A DNA stretch of 64,000 nt from Bdellovibrionota bacterium (GTDB taxonomy: Bacteria; Bdellovibrionota_G; JALEGL01; DATDPG01): NCBI GenBank assembly GCA_963668355.1, contig OY764265.1, forward strand, positions 1,696,001 to 1,760,000. The letters are read 5' to 3'. Each line of letters starts with the position of its first letter. Position 1 is the stretch's first letter. Of this stretch, positions 50,737 through 60,381 are shown one piece after another. The notes beneath the pieces were generated by a model. That model saw nothing but the letters and a program-made list of their open reading frames with translations, did not search any database and was not told the origin of the DNA. Made by a program: the position numbers and the translations under genes.

Positions 50737-51381
50737 TTATAAAACCGTCGTGGCTTCCCCTCGAAAGTTGATCTGATACAGGTCAATCATTTCGGAATCC
50801 GGAATTTCATCAATGCTTTGGTTTTCTCTCCGAATTCTTTGTCTTAAACGGTCCGGAAAGGCATCTTTGATTTCATTCTTAAGGTCACTTGCCCTTACGG
50901 AAATGACAATGGGGTGTTCTGGATGCGTGGAGAGACGGGGTCCTTCCCTGACCATCATCCCTCTGACTTCCATATCCCAGTCAACAGCGGCGCCTCCTTT
51001 ACTGGAAAAATCGAAAATCCTCAATAAATTGGGTTCAACTACCTCAGCGTCCAACCCCGAAACCGTTGGTGGAATGACCGTTAACGGAGAGTCAGGAATG
51101 AGTTTAAACGGCTCATTTGTGGGCAAACCGTAGATGGTGACCAGGTTTCCCTCTGAACCTCCCACCACCGTTACGCCGCCCGTAGCCCGCCCTGAGGCAT
51201 ATAGACCGTCCACAGATGGTGTGACGGCCAAGGCACCTAAGAAGCTTTCCACTAGATGGGGATTATCAAAATTGTCGATGTTTGTGCAGCGGGCGCTCAA
51301 CAAAACGAAAACGCAGAGGAACACACACTCGACGAAACGGCATCGGTTTCTCCCCATATCTCTTTTCATTTCTGGATTCAC
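50737..51381 (-). CDS. Hypothetical protein, possible lipoprotein
   Basis: Hydrophobic stretch ending LSARC; start uncertain. Confidence 0.62.
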   Translation of the reverse strand: MNPEMKRDMGRNRCRFVECVFLCVFVLLSARCTNIDNFDNPHLVESFLGALAVTPSVDGLYASGRATGGVTVVGGSEGNLVTIYGLPTNEPFKLIPDSPLTVIPPTVSGLDAEVVEPNLLRIFDFSSKGGAAVDWDMEVRGMMVREGPRLSTHPEHPIVISVRASDLKNEIKDAFPDRLRQRIRRENQSIDEIPDSEMIDLYQINFRGEATTVL

Positions 51382-51554
51382 GTATCCTTCCCTCTTCCCT
51401 TGTTAGCGCTTGTATCAAAAAGCAACCGGAATGGCAACGCGTTGCATAAAAACGGAAAACCAGAGAATGTCAACAAAAGTAGGTAGTTAGCGAGTTTCCT
51501 GAGGGGCTCTTTGTCAGTTGTGTCGAGGAAGGCAAATCCGTATGATGCGCTCGA

Positions 51555-52424
51555 ATGAACCTTAAACCTAATGTTGATGCGGTTTCTGAAGGACGAGCTC
51601 AAAGCGAGCTCATGGCTCAGACGCATTATGAGAATTTTCCCGTGGGGTCACGGTGGATTCGCTCCGATCTTCGTCCCCATGTTCATGCGATCTATGCTTT
51701 TGCTCGAACGGCCGATGATTTTGCGGACGAAGCCCAGTTTGAAGGAGAACGCTTGGAAAGGTTGCAGGCGTGGAGGGAAGGTTTAGAGGGGGCGGTTCAA
51801 AAAAAACCCGGATCTCCCGTTTTTCAGGCACTCTCACAAACCATTCATGAAAAAGATATTCCCGTGGAGTGGTTGGATCAGTTGATCCAGGCCTTTGAAT
51901 TGGATGTAAAAAAGAATCGTCATCCCGACTTTGCCAGCATCGAGAGCTATGCGAGATTTTCGGCCAATCCTGTCGGGCGTTTGGTGCTTTGGCTGCATGG
52001 CTATCGAGATGAAAACCTTTTTGAGCTTTCAGATGCTTTTTGTTCCGGCCTGCAATTTGCCAATTTTTGGCAAGATGTGGCAGTGGATTGGAAGAAAAAC
52101 CGCATTTATTTACCCCAAAACGACATGAAACGCTTTGGGTACTCCGAAGAAGATCTGAATCGGCAAGTGGTGGACGATCGTTTTCGGCGATTGCTTCAAA
52201 TGCAGATCGATCGTACCTGGCTTTTGTTTTTCCGGGCTCGGCGTTTGTGTGATTTGGTTGGAAAAGATTTGCGCATGGAACTTCGGCTTACGTGGCTTGG
52301 AGGAACGAAGATTCTGGAGAAATTGGTTCAGAACGAATATGACGTTTTTCAACGAAGGCCCAAGATCCAAGGGAAAGACAAGGCCCTTCTTTTGTGGAGA
52401 GCACTGACCTGGAGGAAAGGATGA
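51555..52424 (+). CDS. hpnC: Hydroxysqualene synthase HpnC
   Basis: HYENFPVGS, YAFARTADDFADE, SANPVGRLVL and NFWQD; start may be 51612. Confidence 0.93.
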   Translation: MNLKPNVDAVSEGRAQSELMAQTHYENFPVGSRWIRSDLRPHVHAIYAFARTADDFADEAQFEGERLERLQAWREGLEGAVQKKPGSPVFQALSQTIHEKDIPVEWLDQLIQAFELDVKKNRHPDFASIESYARFSANPVGRLVLWLHGYRDENLFELSDAFCSGLQFANFWQDVAVDWKKNRIYLPQNDMKRFGYSEEDLNRQVVDDRFRRLLQMQIDRTWLLFFRARRLCDLVGKDLRMELRLTWLGGTKILEKLVQNEYDVFQRRPKIQGKDKALLLWRALTWRKG

Positions 52425-53272
52425 GCGAAAGCGCTCGAGAGATTACGCGAAAAGCAAAATCGAATTTCGCATGGGCTTTTGTGGGTCTTTCCAAAAAGCA
52501 ACGCCAAGCACTTGAAGCTCTCTATGCCTTCTGTCGGGTGGTGGATGATATTGTGGATGAGACAGATGACTCCGCTCAAGCTCAGGAAGAGCTTCAGCGT
52601 TGGAGAGAGGTCTTGGGGAGGGTGACATCCCCTTCCAGCTTTGACCCTCCATTGGCCTGGGATTTGGCGCAGGCATTTGAAGGATTTCCTCTTCGTACCG
52701 AAGATTTGCTTTGGATTATTGATGGCGTGGAGATGGATTTGAAGCGGTCTCGCGTTCAGACATTTGCGGAACTTTTGACCTATTGTGATGCCGTCGCCAG
52801 TGCCGTCGGCTTTGCGTCCATGTCCATTTTTGGTGCAGATCGAGAACAAACCCAATCCTATACCTTCGCCACAGGACGGGCCCTTCAACTAACCAATATT
52901 CTCCGCGATGTGGGGGTGGATGCGACGATGAATCGCATTTATCTTCCTTTGGAAGATTTGAATCGGTTTTCCATCAGGGAAAAAGATCTATTGAAACACA
53001 AATACTCTGAACCCTTTCGAAACATGATGGCTTTTCAGTGCGAGCGCGTTCGAACCTATTATAAAGAATCCAAAGATGCGCTCAGCAGAAGAGAAAGGCA
53101 GAAGTTTCCGGCCGCAGAGTTAATGCGGAAAATGTACGAACGTTTGCTCGACCGCATTGAGGCGAAATCGTTCAATGTTTTTCCCCAAAAAATCAAAGTC
53201 TCAAAGCCCACAAAAATGGCCATCGCTTTATCCGTTTGGCTGCCGTACTGCCTCAGGTTCTCAAAGAAATGA
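52421..53272 (+). CDS. hpnD: Presqualene diphosphate synthase HpnD
   Basis: SNF..AF, YAFCRVVDDIVD and ALQLTNILRDV; ATGA overlap with hpnC. Confidence 0.92.
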   Translation: MSESAREITRKAKSNFAWAFVGLSKKQRQALEALYAFCRVVDDIVDETDDSAQAQEELQRWREVLGRVTSPSSFDPPLAWDLAQAFEGFPLRTEDLLWIIDGVEMDLKRSRVQTFAELLTYCDAVASAVGFASMSIFGADREQTQSYTFATGRALQLTNILRDVGVDATMNRIYLPLEDLNRFSIREKDLLKHKYSEPFRNMMAFQCERVRTYYKESKDALSRRERQKFPAAELMRKMYERLLDRIEAKSFNVFPQKIKVSKPTKMAIALSVWLPYCLRFSKK

Positions 53273-54594
53273 TGTGGGATTGCATCATTATAGGTGGGGG
53301 ATGCTCGGGATTGGCCGCGGCGACAAAGCTGGCAGAGCAAAATCTGCACGTTCTTTTGCTTGAAAAAAGAAGCTTGCTCGGTGGAAGAGCTTCTTCGTGG
53401 GTGGATCGTCAAAGCGGAGAAACGGTGGATAACGGCCAACACATGTTTTTGGGATGTTATGAAGAAAGTAAAACCTTTTTGAAGAGAATCGGGTCGGATT
53501 CGAATCTTCATTTTTGGGAAGCTTTTTCCACCCCCATGATGGGTCCCCAAGGAGAACGGGCTCATTTAAAAACCTGGAACTTGCCTGCGCCTTGGCATTT
53601 GGGAATGGGGTTGTTGAACTATCGAGCCTTGCCGATTCGTCAGCGTCTTTTTGCGGCTCGTGTCGCGAGATCGGTCCAGAAAAGACCAAAAAATTTGGCC
53701 GAACTATCTGTGGATCAATGGTTGGAGACATTAAAGCAAGGGCACGAATCTCGAACTCGGTTATGGGACTTAATTACGTTAGCAACCCTGAATATTTCCC
53801 CCAAAGAGGCACCCGCGGATCTTTTGGCCACTGTTTTGGAGAAAGGTTTCTTGGCTTCTCGGGAAGCCTCGCGAATCGGTTTGTCAAAAGTGGGACTTTC
53901 TGAGTTGCACGGGGAGCCCTCAAAGACATTTCTTTACCAGCGGGGAAGTGAACTACGTTTGGGTGAAGGGGTTGTTCGGGTTTCACGGAACGTAGAAAAG
54001 AACCAAGAAGTGATTTTGGCAGGCGGAAAAACGGAAAAGGCCAAAAATGTCATCGTGGCCATTCCTCCTCCAGCTCTTCGTAAACTCTTTGCTGGTGCTT
54101 CTTTGGAAAGCCACGTTCGTCCAACCGAAGGATTGCGTGCTTTCCCGATCCTTTCGGTTCATGCGTGGTGCAATCAAATTCCCTTTTTGGAGCCTCTGGC
54201 AGGCTTTTGGGACCAAAACTATCATTGGGCTTTTCGAAAGGACCGGATTGATCCTTCCGGAAATTCTAAGCACATTTCATTGGTAACCTCTTCGGCAAAA
54301 GAGATGTTGGAGCGGAGCAATGAAGATTTGAAACTCCTCGCTCAAGATGAACTAAGAAAAACGCTACGCATGCCGACCTTCAACATTTCCAGAATTTTGG
54401 CGGTCAGGGAAAGGGAGGCTACGTGGTGTCCCCCTCTTGGGAAAAAAGAAGGACGACTTTCTGTTCAAACTCCCGAACCGGGTGTGTATTTGGCCGGAGA
54501 TTGGACGGATACGGGTCTACCATCGACCATTGAAGGAGCCGTCAAAAGCGGACACCTCGCTGCGCAGAAGGTTTTGGAACGTATGTCGCGTTGA
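53269..54594 (+). CDS. hpnE: Hydroxysqualene dehydroxylase HpnE
   Basis: GGGCSGL, GGRA, DNGQH and AGDWTDTGLPSTIEGAVKSG; ATGA overlap with hpnD. Confidence 0.92.
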   Translation: MMWDCIIIGGGCSGLAAATKLAEQNLHVLLLEKRSLLGGRASSWVDRQSGETVDNGQHMFLGCYEESKTFLKRIGSDSNLHFWEAFSTPMMGPQGERAHLKTWNLPAPWHLGMGLLNYRALPIRQRLFAARVARSVQKRPKNLAELSVDQWLETLKQGHESRTRLWDLITLATLNISPKEAPADLLATVLEKGFLASREASRIGLSKVGLSELHGEPSKTFLYQRGSELRLGEGVVRVSRNVEKNQEVILAGGKTEKAKNVIVAIPPPALRKLFAGASLESHVRPTEGLRAFPILSVHAWCNQIPFLEPLAGFWDQNYHWAFRKDRIDPSGNSKHISLVTSSAKEMLERSNEDLKLLAQDELRKTLRMPTFNISRILAVREREATWCPPLGKKEGRLSVQTPEPGVYLAGDWTDTGLPSTIEGAVKSGHLAAQKVLERMSR

Positions 54595-54632
54595 CGATCG
54601 GTTGAGCCTCCAGTACCGTAGGCTTCAAATTC

Positions 54633-56051
54633 ATGATGAACGAACCAACAGCTGCAGAAATCCTCAATCGTTTAAAAAATGTCCTCCAAATAAACGGAGA
54701 GGAGGAAATATATGCCGAAGATCGAAAGAAGTTTCGAGAGGAACACTTGGATTCTTTGGTGTATCAATCTGTTTTTCATTCCGAAAAAGATACCTGTGAT
54801 TTTTTGCGTTGGTTAATTCGAAGATTGGCTTTGTCCGCAGGGGCCATACCGAGTTCCATCGATCGTTTTTATCGCCTAAAGGGCGAAGGAAAATTTCAAA
54901 AGGTGACGGTGCCGGCCATTAATGTTCGGGGCTTGAGCTACGATTTTTGCCGTTCGATTTTTCGGGCAGCTGCCGCTACGAATGCCCGAGCGTTCATTTT
55001 CGAAATTGCCAAATCCGAAATGGGCTATACCCATCAGGAACCTGATGAGTTCGTGACCGTGATTTTGGCCGCAGCTTTGCGGGAAGGCTTCAGTGGTCCC
55101 ATTTTTGTGCAGGGCGATCATTTTCAGTTCAATGCCAAAAATTTTGCTCAGGATCCCCAGAAAGAAACAGAAGGGATCAAGAATCTGATTTCGGAAGCCA
55201 TTCAAACTGGCTTTTACAATATTGATATTGATGCTTCGACATTGGTTACGTTGGATTCCCCTCTTTTGGAAGAACAACAAAAGCTAAACATTGAAAAGAC
55301 TGTGGAGATGACTCAGTGGATTCGTTCCATCGAACCAGAAGGGGTTACCGTCTCCGTCGGAGGGGAAATCGGCGAGGTCGGAGGAAAAAACTCCACGGTA
55401 GATGAGTTGAAAACATTTTTGGATGGTTTCTCAGCTGAATTTGAAGGAGCAGAAAAGAAAGCGCTCGGATTATCGAAGTTAAGTGTTCAAACCGGAACCA
55501 CACACGGAGGCGTTCCATTGCCAGATGGCAAAATTGCAGAAGTGGCATTGGACTTTGAGGTGTTGAAGGACCTGGGGCAGGTGGCCATGAAGACGTATCA
55601 CTTGGGAGGTGTGGTTCAGCATGGTGCCTCCACTCTCCCAGAAGACCTGTTTGAGAAGTTTCCGGAGGTCAATACCTGCGAGATTCATTTGGCCACGGCT
55701 TTTCAAAATCTAATGTTTGATGGGGGACATTTCCCCAAAGATTTGTATGCAGACATGTTGCATTACATGGACAAAAACTTTTCCAACCATCGAGGGGAGA
55801 AGGACTCTTACGATCAGTTTGTTTACAAAAATCGGAAAAGGCTCTTTGGCCCATTCAAACGTCGATTGTGGGATCTTCCCGAGGAGACCCGGACATTGCT
55901 TCGGGAACAACTCCAGTCCCGTTTTGAGTTTCTTTTTAAGAAGCTCAACGCGAAGAGCACATTTGACGGCGTGACGGACAATACGGAGAGCGTCAAGGTC
56001 CTGCCAACGTTGCCAGAGAAATACCGTTCCCTCATAGTCGAAGAGGAATAA
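54633..56051 (+). CDS. Class II fructose-bisphosphate aldolase family protein (long form)
   Basis: VPAIN, QGDH, DIDAS, GEIGEVGG, GTTHG and QHGAS metal/substrate motifs. Confidence 0.85.
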   Translation: MMNEPTAAEILNRLKNVLQINGEEEIYAEDRKKFREEHLDSLVYQSVFHSEKDTCDFLRWLIRRLALSAGAIPSSIDRFYRLKGEGKFQKVTVPAINVRGLSYDFCRSIFRAAAATNARAFIFEIAKSEMGYTHQEPDEFVTVILAAALREGFSGPIFVQGDHFQFNAKNFAQDPQKETEGIKNLISEAIQTGFYNIDIDASTLVTLDSPLLEEQQKLNIEKTVEMTQWIRSIEPEGVTVSVGGEIGEVGGKNSTVDELKTFLDGFSAEFEGAEKKALGLSKLSVQTGTTHGGVPLPDGKIAEVALDFEVLKDLGQVAMKTYHLGGVVQHGASTLPEDLFEKFPEVNTCEIHLATAFQNLMFDGGHFPKDLYADMLHYMDKNFSNHRGEKDSYDQFVYKNRKRLFGPFKRRLWDLPEETRTLLREQLQSRFEFLFKKLNAKSTFDGVTDNTESVKVLPTLPEKYRSLIVEEE

Positions 56052-56190
56052 CCCTACCAAAAGTGAACGTTTCACTTTTGGTCGTTTTGGAGGTCTTGGG
56101 GCTTGCCCCCGCAAAGGGGACGTGTTAGAAGCTTCTTCGAAAAATTGTACATTATTTTAAGTACTTGGAATCATAAAGGAGTGTTTGTTT

Positions 56191-57501
56191 ATGGCTACAC
56201 GCGTCGTCATCATTGGAGCCGCAGGACGGGATTTTCACAATTTCAATACGACGTTTCGAGATAATGAGAATTATCAGGTCGTTGCGTTTACGGCGGCACA
56301 AATTCCAGACATTGCTGGAAAGAAATATCCGGCCGAATTGGCGGGAAAGCTTTACCCCGACGGCATTCCGATTGTCGATGAGGCCAATCTTGGGGATTTG
56401 ATCGTCAAAGAGAAGATCGATCAAGCGGTCTTTTCGTATAGTGATATTTCTCACGAAGCCCTTATGCACAAGGCCTCCTTGGTTTTGGCCAAAGGGGCAG
56501 ATTTCAAGTTGTTGGGCGCCAATCAAACAATGATCAAGTCCAATAAGCCGGTGATTTCCGTGACGGCCGTTCGAACCGGGTGTGGAAAAAGCCCGATCAG
56601 CCAAAAAATCGCACAATTATTGCGGGAAGCCGGAAAGACGGTGGCGGTCATTCGTCATCCGATGCCTTATGGAGATCTACGAAAACAAGTTTGGCAGAGA
56701 TTTGCGAGCTTGGAAGATCTCAAGAAACATGAGTGCACCATTGAAGAAATGGAAGAGTACGAACCCCATATCAACAATGGCATGCTCGTATTTGCAGGAA
56801 TTGATTACCAAAAGATTTTAGATGAAGCCGAGAAAGAGGCGGATATCATCTTGTGGGATGGTGGAAACAACGATTTCCCATTCTACAAACCGGATGTGGA
56901 CTTGGTTGTCGTGGATCCACATCGTCCCGGTCATGAATTGAAATACTTTCCAGGCGAAACCAATTTCTTGCGAGCCAGCACCTTGGTGATCGCCAAAGTG
57001 GACTCGGCGGACCCGGAAAAACTCGCCATTCTTGAGCAGAACATCAAAGAGCATAATCCAAAAGCAAGTGTCATTCGTGCGGGCTTAAAGATTGATGTAG
57101 ATGATGCTTCCAAGATCAAAGGCAAGCGCGTTTTGGTTGTGGAAGATGGCCCCACGTTAACTCATGGTGAGATGCCTTACGGTGCGGGTGTGTTGGCCGC
57201 TCGAAAATATGGAGCAGCTTCTGAAGTCGATCCCAAGCCGTATTTGGTCGGAAAAATGAAGGAAACGTTTGAAACGTATACGTACATCCGAGGTTTGCTC
57301 CCCGCCATGGGTTATTCCGGACAGCAAGTCAAAGATCTGGAAGAAACCATTAATAAGACCGATTGCGACACGGTCATCATTGCGACGCCCGTGGATCTTC
57401 GCAGGATTCTTAACATCAAGCATGAAACCTGCCGTGTTCTTTATTCGGCCGATGAAGTTGGCAAGCCGGATCTGGCGGATGCCATCAAACCTGTGTTGTA
57501 A
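56191..57501 (+). CDS. arcE: Probable arginine synthetase (family often labelled cyclic 2,3-diphosphoglycerate synthase or GTPase)
   Basis: GAAGRDFHNFN, AVRTGCGKS P-loop, RHPMPYG, IEEMEEYEPH, WDGGNND and EDGPTLTHG; adjacent to carbamate kinase and OTC. Confidence 0.8.
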   Translation: MATRVVIIGAAGRDFHNFNTTFRDNENYQVVAFTAAQIPDIAGKKYPAELAGKLYPDGIPIVDEANLGDLIVKEKIDQAVFSYSDISHEALMHKASLVLAKGADFKLLGANQTMIKSNKPVISVTAVRTGCGKSPISQKIAQLLREAGKTVAVIRHPMPYGDLRKQVWQRFASLEDLKKHECTIEEMEEYEPHINNGMLVFAGIDYQKILDEAEKEADIILWDGGNNDFPFYKPDVDLVVVDPHRPGHELKYFPGETNFLRASTLVIAKVDSADPEKLAILEQNIKEHNPKASVIRAGLKIDVDDASKIKGKRVLVVEDGPTLTHGEMPYGAGVLAARKYGAASEVDPKPYLVGKMKETFETYTYIRGLLPAMGYSGQQVKDLEETINKTDCDTVIIATPVDLRRILNIKHETCRVLYSADEVGKPDLADAIKPVL

Positions 57502-57521
57502 AGCTCTGTAGGTTAGAACTC

Positions 57522-57555
57522 AAAAAGGCCGCTCATCTGAGCGGCCTTTTTTTTT
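57522..57555. terminator. Bidirectional intrinsic terminator
   Basis: AAAAAGGCCGCTCA-TC-TGAGCGGCCTTTTTTTTT between convergent arcE and arcC. Confidence 0.9.
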
Positions 57556-57597
57556 GACTGACTAAAAGGTTTCGTAACAAAAATGGAGCGTATTTTT

Positions 57598-58512
57598 CTA
57601 TAGGGTGATGCGCGTTCCGGTTTTTCCGTTGAGAGCATCTTTGATGCGATCAATATGGCAGATGATGGCTTCTTCGCCCCCAAATTCCATGTGATTGATG
57701 GCGGCCTGGACTTTTGGTCCCATGCTTCCATCCGGAAAATGACCGGCCTTGAGATATCTTTTGGCCTGGCTGACGGTCAACGAGTCCAAACGTTTCTCCT
57801 TGGGGGTTCCAAAGTGAATGGCCAACTTTTCTTCGTCGGTTGCGATGATGACACTGTCGGCCGCAATTTGTTGTCCGAGCGTTACGCTGGCCAAATCCTT
57901 GTCGATGACCGCTTCAGTGGCTACCAAACGGTTTTCTTCTTTGATTACAGGCACGCCGCCTCCGCCACACGCGATGACAATGAAATTTTGTTGAATCAAA
58001 CGTTTGATTTCGCGCCATTGATAAATTTTGATGGGTTTGGGGGAGGGGACAACCTTTCTCCAGCCCTTGGGCGTTTTTACAAAACCCGGTTGTTTCTTTT
58101 TATAAGCGGGGCCGATGGGTTTTGTCGGATTTTGAAAGGCTGGATCGTCCGGCGAGACCTTCACATACGTCAAAACCGTGAGGAAAAGCTTTTCGTCGGA
58201 GATGCCCAACCGCATCAGCTCTTCATCCAAAGTCGATTCAATCATGAACCCAATTCGACCTTGCGTTCCGGCGACCAAAATACCCAAAGGCATTTTAGAA
58301 ACTTCCAAAGTCGATTCTTGTTGGAGAAGGAGATCTCCCACCTGAGGTCCATTTCCATGCGTAACGATGATGTTGTATTTCTTGGATAATTCGGCAATTT
58401 GCCGAAGAGGAATGCGAACGTTTTCCAGTTGCTCCTTAACGGTTCCGGTTTGTCCTGATCGAATGAGAGCGTTACCCCCAAGGGCAACGATCAATGTTTT
58501 TCTACGGGACAT
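57598..58512 (-). CDS. arcC: Carbamate kinase
   Basis: ALGGNAL, THGNGPQVG, PTKPIG, GGGGVPV, AVIDKD and GSMGPKV. Confidence 0.96.
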   Translation of the reverse strand: MSRRKTLIVALGGNALIRSGQTGTVKEQLENVRIPLRQIAELSKKYNIIVTHGNGPQVGDLLLQQESTLEVSKMPLGILVAGTQGRIGFMIESTLDEELMRLGISDEKLFLTVLTYVKVSPDDPAFQNPTKPIGPAYKKKQPGFVKTPKGWRKVVPSPKPIKIYQWREIKRLIQQNFIVIACGGGGVPVIKEENRLVATEAVIDKDLASVTLGQQIAADSVIIATDEEKLAIHFGTPKEKRLDSLTVSQAKRYLKAGHFPDGSMGPKVQAAINHMEFGGEEAIICHIDRIKDALNGKTGTRITL

Positions 58513-59441
58513 TACATCTTCCCGAGAAGAAAGAGCATGATGGCTTTTTGAGCGTGGAGGCGATTTTCCGCCTGATCAAATACGACGCTTTGAGGCCCAT
58601 CAATGACCTCTTCCGTTTGTTCATAGCCTCTCATGGCAGGTAAGCAATTCATAAAGATGGCGTCGGACTTCGCTTGCTTCATCAACGCTGCATTTACTTG
58701 GAAGGGCATAAAAACTTCTTTTCGCTGAGCCTCTTCGTCTTGCGGAATTCCATAAGACATCCAAGAGTCTGTATAAATTACATCACTGTTTTTTGCGGCT
58801 TCTTGGGGGTTATGCACAACTCGGACTTGGGCCCCAGATTTGGCAGAAAGAGTTTCGATTTCTTTTAAAACGGAGGGTTCTGGAGAATAAGCGGAGTCAG
58901 CCGGACATGCCACATCCATTTGAATCCCCATGATGGCGGCCATTCGCATAAGGTCGTAGGTAACGTTATTGTGAGAATCCCCAAAATAACTCAGCTTGAG
59001 GTTTTCGAAGGAACCTTTTTTTTCCTTTATGGTTTGGAAATCACAGAGGATTTGACAAGGATGGGCATAGTCATCGAGTAAGTTGATAACTGGAACATCA
59101 CTATGGGAGGCAAGTTCTTGAATGTCTTGCCTTTTAAACACGCGAGCCGCAATGAGGTTGACATACCTGGAGGCACATTTGGCCGTATCGTGAATATTTT
59201 CTTTCTTCCCCAAAGGCGAATCTTTGATCGAGTAGAAAATAGCATGGCCTCCCAACTGAGTCATTCCCGTTTCAAAGGAAAGCCGTGTTCTAAGAGAGGG
59301 TTTTTCAAAAAGCATCAACAAGGTTTGATGATCGAGGGCTTGAAAGTACTTCTCAGGCGACTTTTTGATGTCCATGGATTTTTGGATGATGGTTTCACAT
59401 TCTTCCCGGTTTAAATCAGCCACCGTGGTTAAGTGTTTCAT
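58512..59441 (-). CDS. arcB: Ornithine carbamoyltransferase, probably catabolic
   Basis: FEKPSLRT, HPCQ, YTDSWMS, FMNCLP and AENRLH; 1 nt overlap with arcC; GGAG RBS. Confidence 0.93.
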   Translation of the reverse strand: MKHLTTVADLNREECETIIQKSMDIKKSPEKYFQALDHQTLLMLFEKPSLRTRLSFETGMTQLGGHAIFYSIKDSPLGKKENIHDTAKCASRYVNLIAARVFKRQDIQELASHSDVPVINLLDDYAHPCQILCDFQTIKEKKGSFENLKLSYFGDSHNNVTYDLMRMAAIMGIQMDVACPADSAYSPEPSVLKEIETLSAKSGAQVRVVHNPQEAAKNSDVIYTDSWMSYGIPQDEEAQRKEVFMPFQVNAALMKQAKSDAIFMNCLPAMRGYEQTEEVIDGPQSVVFDQAENRLHAQKAIMLFLLGKM

Positions 59442-59453
59442 GGTAGTCTCCAA

Positions 59454-60134
59454 TTAGTCTGATGAATCTAAAAATTCTCGAAGTTCTTTTTCGGTTTCGT
59501 CTGTGAGTTCCAAAAACTTTAAAGCCATGCCTTTGGATTCACTTTCTGTTTTGGTTGGATTGACGCGCGTGATTTCAGCCAGAATTTCAAAGTCTCGATC
59601 ATGATCTGGGTGAACAATGACAATTTGGACTTGCTCTCCCTCTGGTTTGAGGACGGGTGTTTCTAAAAACATTCCCCCAGAGCTGATATTCGTTGAAACA
59701 AACTCATCGAGCCGGGCTTTGGTTTTAAAGCGAACCATGAAGGAGGCCATCTTTCGGCGAGCAGACCTTCGATCCGTTTGTTTTTTTTCAGGAGCTCCCG
59801 CCAAAGGGTCTAGTGCATCCAAGGCCTCTACTTGCGATACGAATCGAATCCAGCGATCTCGATCATCGGAATCGAGTTTGAGAAAATGAACTCCCACGCC
59901 TTTGACATCTTCCACCGAACCTTTCCAAGCCACTCTTCCCAAAAGTTCGATGGCAGATTCTTCTCCGGGAGGGTGTAAAAGGAGTCGGAGCAGGCTGTTG
60001 AGGGGACGCTCGCCTTTGTCTTGGACGAAGATGCCGTTTCGGCTTACGTTCAACGTCGTGGTTTCGGTTCGAGTTTTCTCAAGGAAAATGACTCGAATTC
60101 GAGAGGCAATTCTGGTGCTCGTCCTACGCTCCAT
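59454..60134 (-). CDS. Tandem PilZ-PilZ protein
   Basis: RRTSTR/NVSRNG and RRSARR/NISSGG motif pairs. Confidence 0.88.
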   Translation of the reverse strand: MERRTSTRIASRIRVIFLEKTRTETTTLNVSRNGIFVQDKGERPLNSLLRLLLHPPGEESAIELLGRVAWKGSVEDVKGVGVHFLKLDSDDRDRWIRFVSQVEALDALDPLAGAPEKKQTDRRSARRKMASFMVRFKTKARLDEFVSTNISSGGMFLETPVLKPEGEQVQIVIVHPDHDRDFEILAEITRVNPTKTESESKGMALKFLELTDETEKELREFLDSSD

Positions 60135-60340
60135 ATTCAGTAACTCCTAAAAAACAAAAGGAATTTTAGGCCTTATAGCCATCTTAATCCATTCAATCAA
60201 GATGAGCGTGATGGGATTCTTAAGGGAACCCACTATTTGGCCGCGACAATCCAGCGTTTTTGGGGCGGTTTGGGTGTCGCATGAACCCGGCAGGTTTCTA
60301 AAAAAAGGTTGAATTTCAAGCGTTTGTATGATGCTTTAGT

Positions 60341-60356
60341 TGGCACGAACGCTGCT
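60341..60356 (+). promoter_or_regulatory. Sigma-54 promoter for the PilZ gene
   Basis: TGGCACGAACGCTGCT with correct spacing; IHF-like TTTCAAGCGTTTG just upstream. Confidence 0.55.
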
Positions 60357-60381
60357 GGGGGGAATAGTAATGGGAAAATCA

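Noticed and set aside
51432..51446. Sigma-54-like TGGCAACGCGTTGCA before hpnC
   Set aside because: Spacing is one base short; only a 12 bp palindrome of unknown meaning remains.
56191..57501. Cyclic 2,3-diphosphoglycerate synthase call
   Set aside because: No 2-phosphoglycerate kinase nearby; the arcB/arcC context favours arginine synthetase.
57655..58389. 244 aa ORF antisense to arcC (likewise 42113-42766, 30920-31501 and other shadow ORFs)
   Set aside because: They overlap well-supported genes and show no recognisable motifs.
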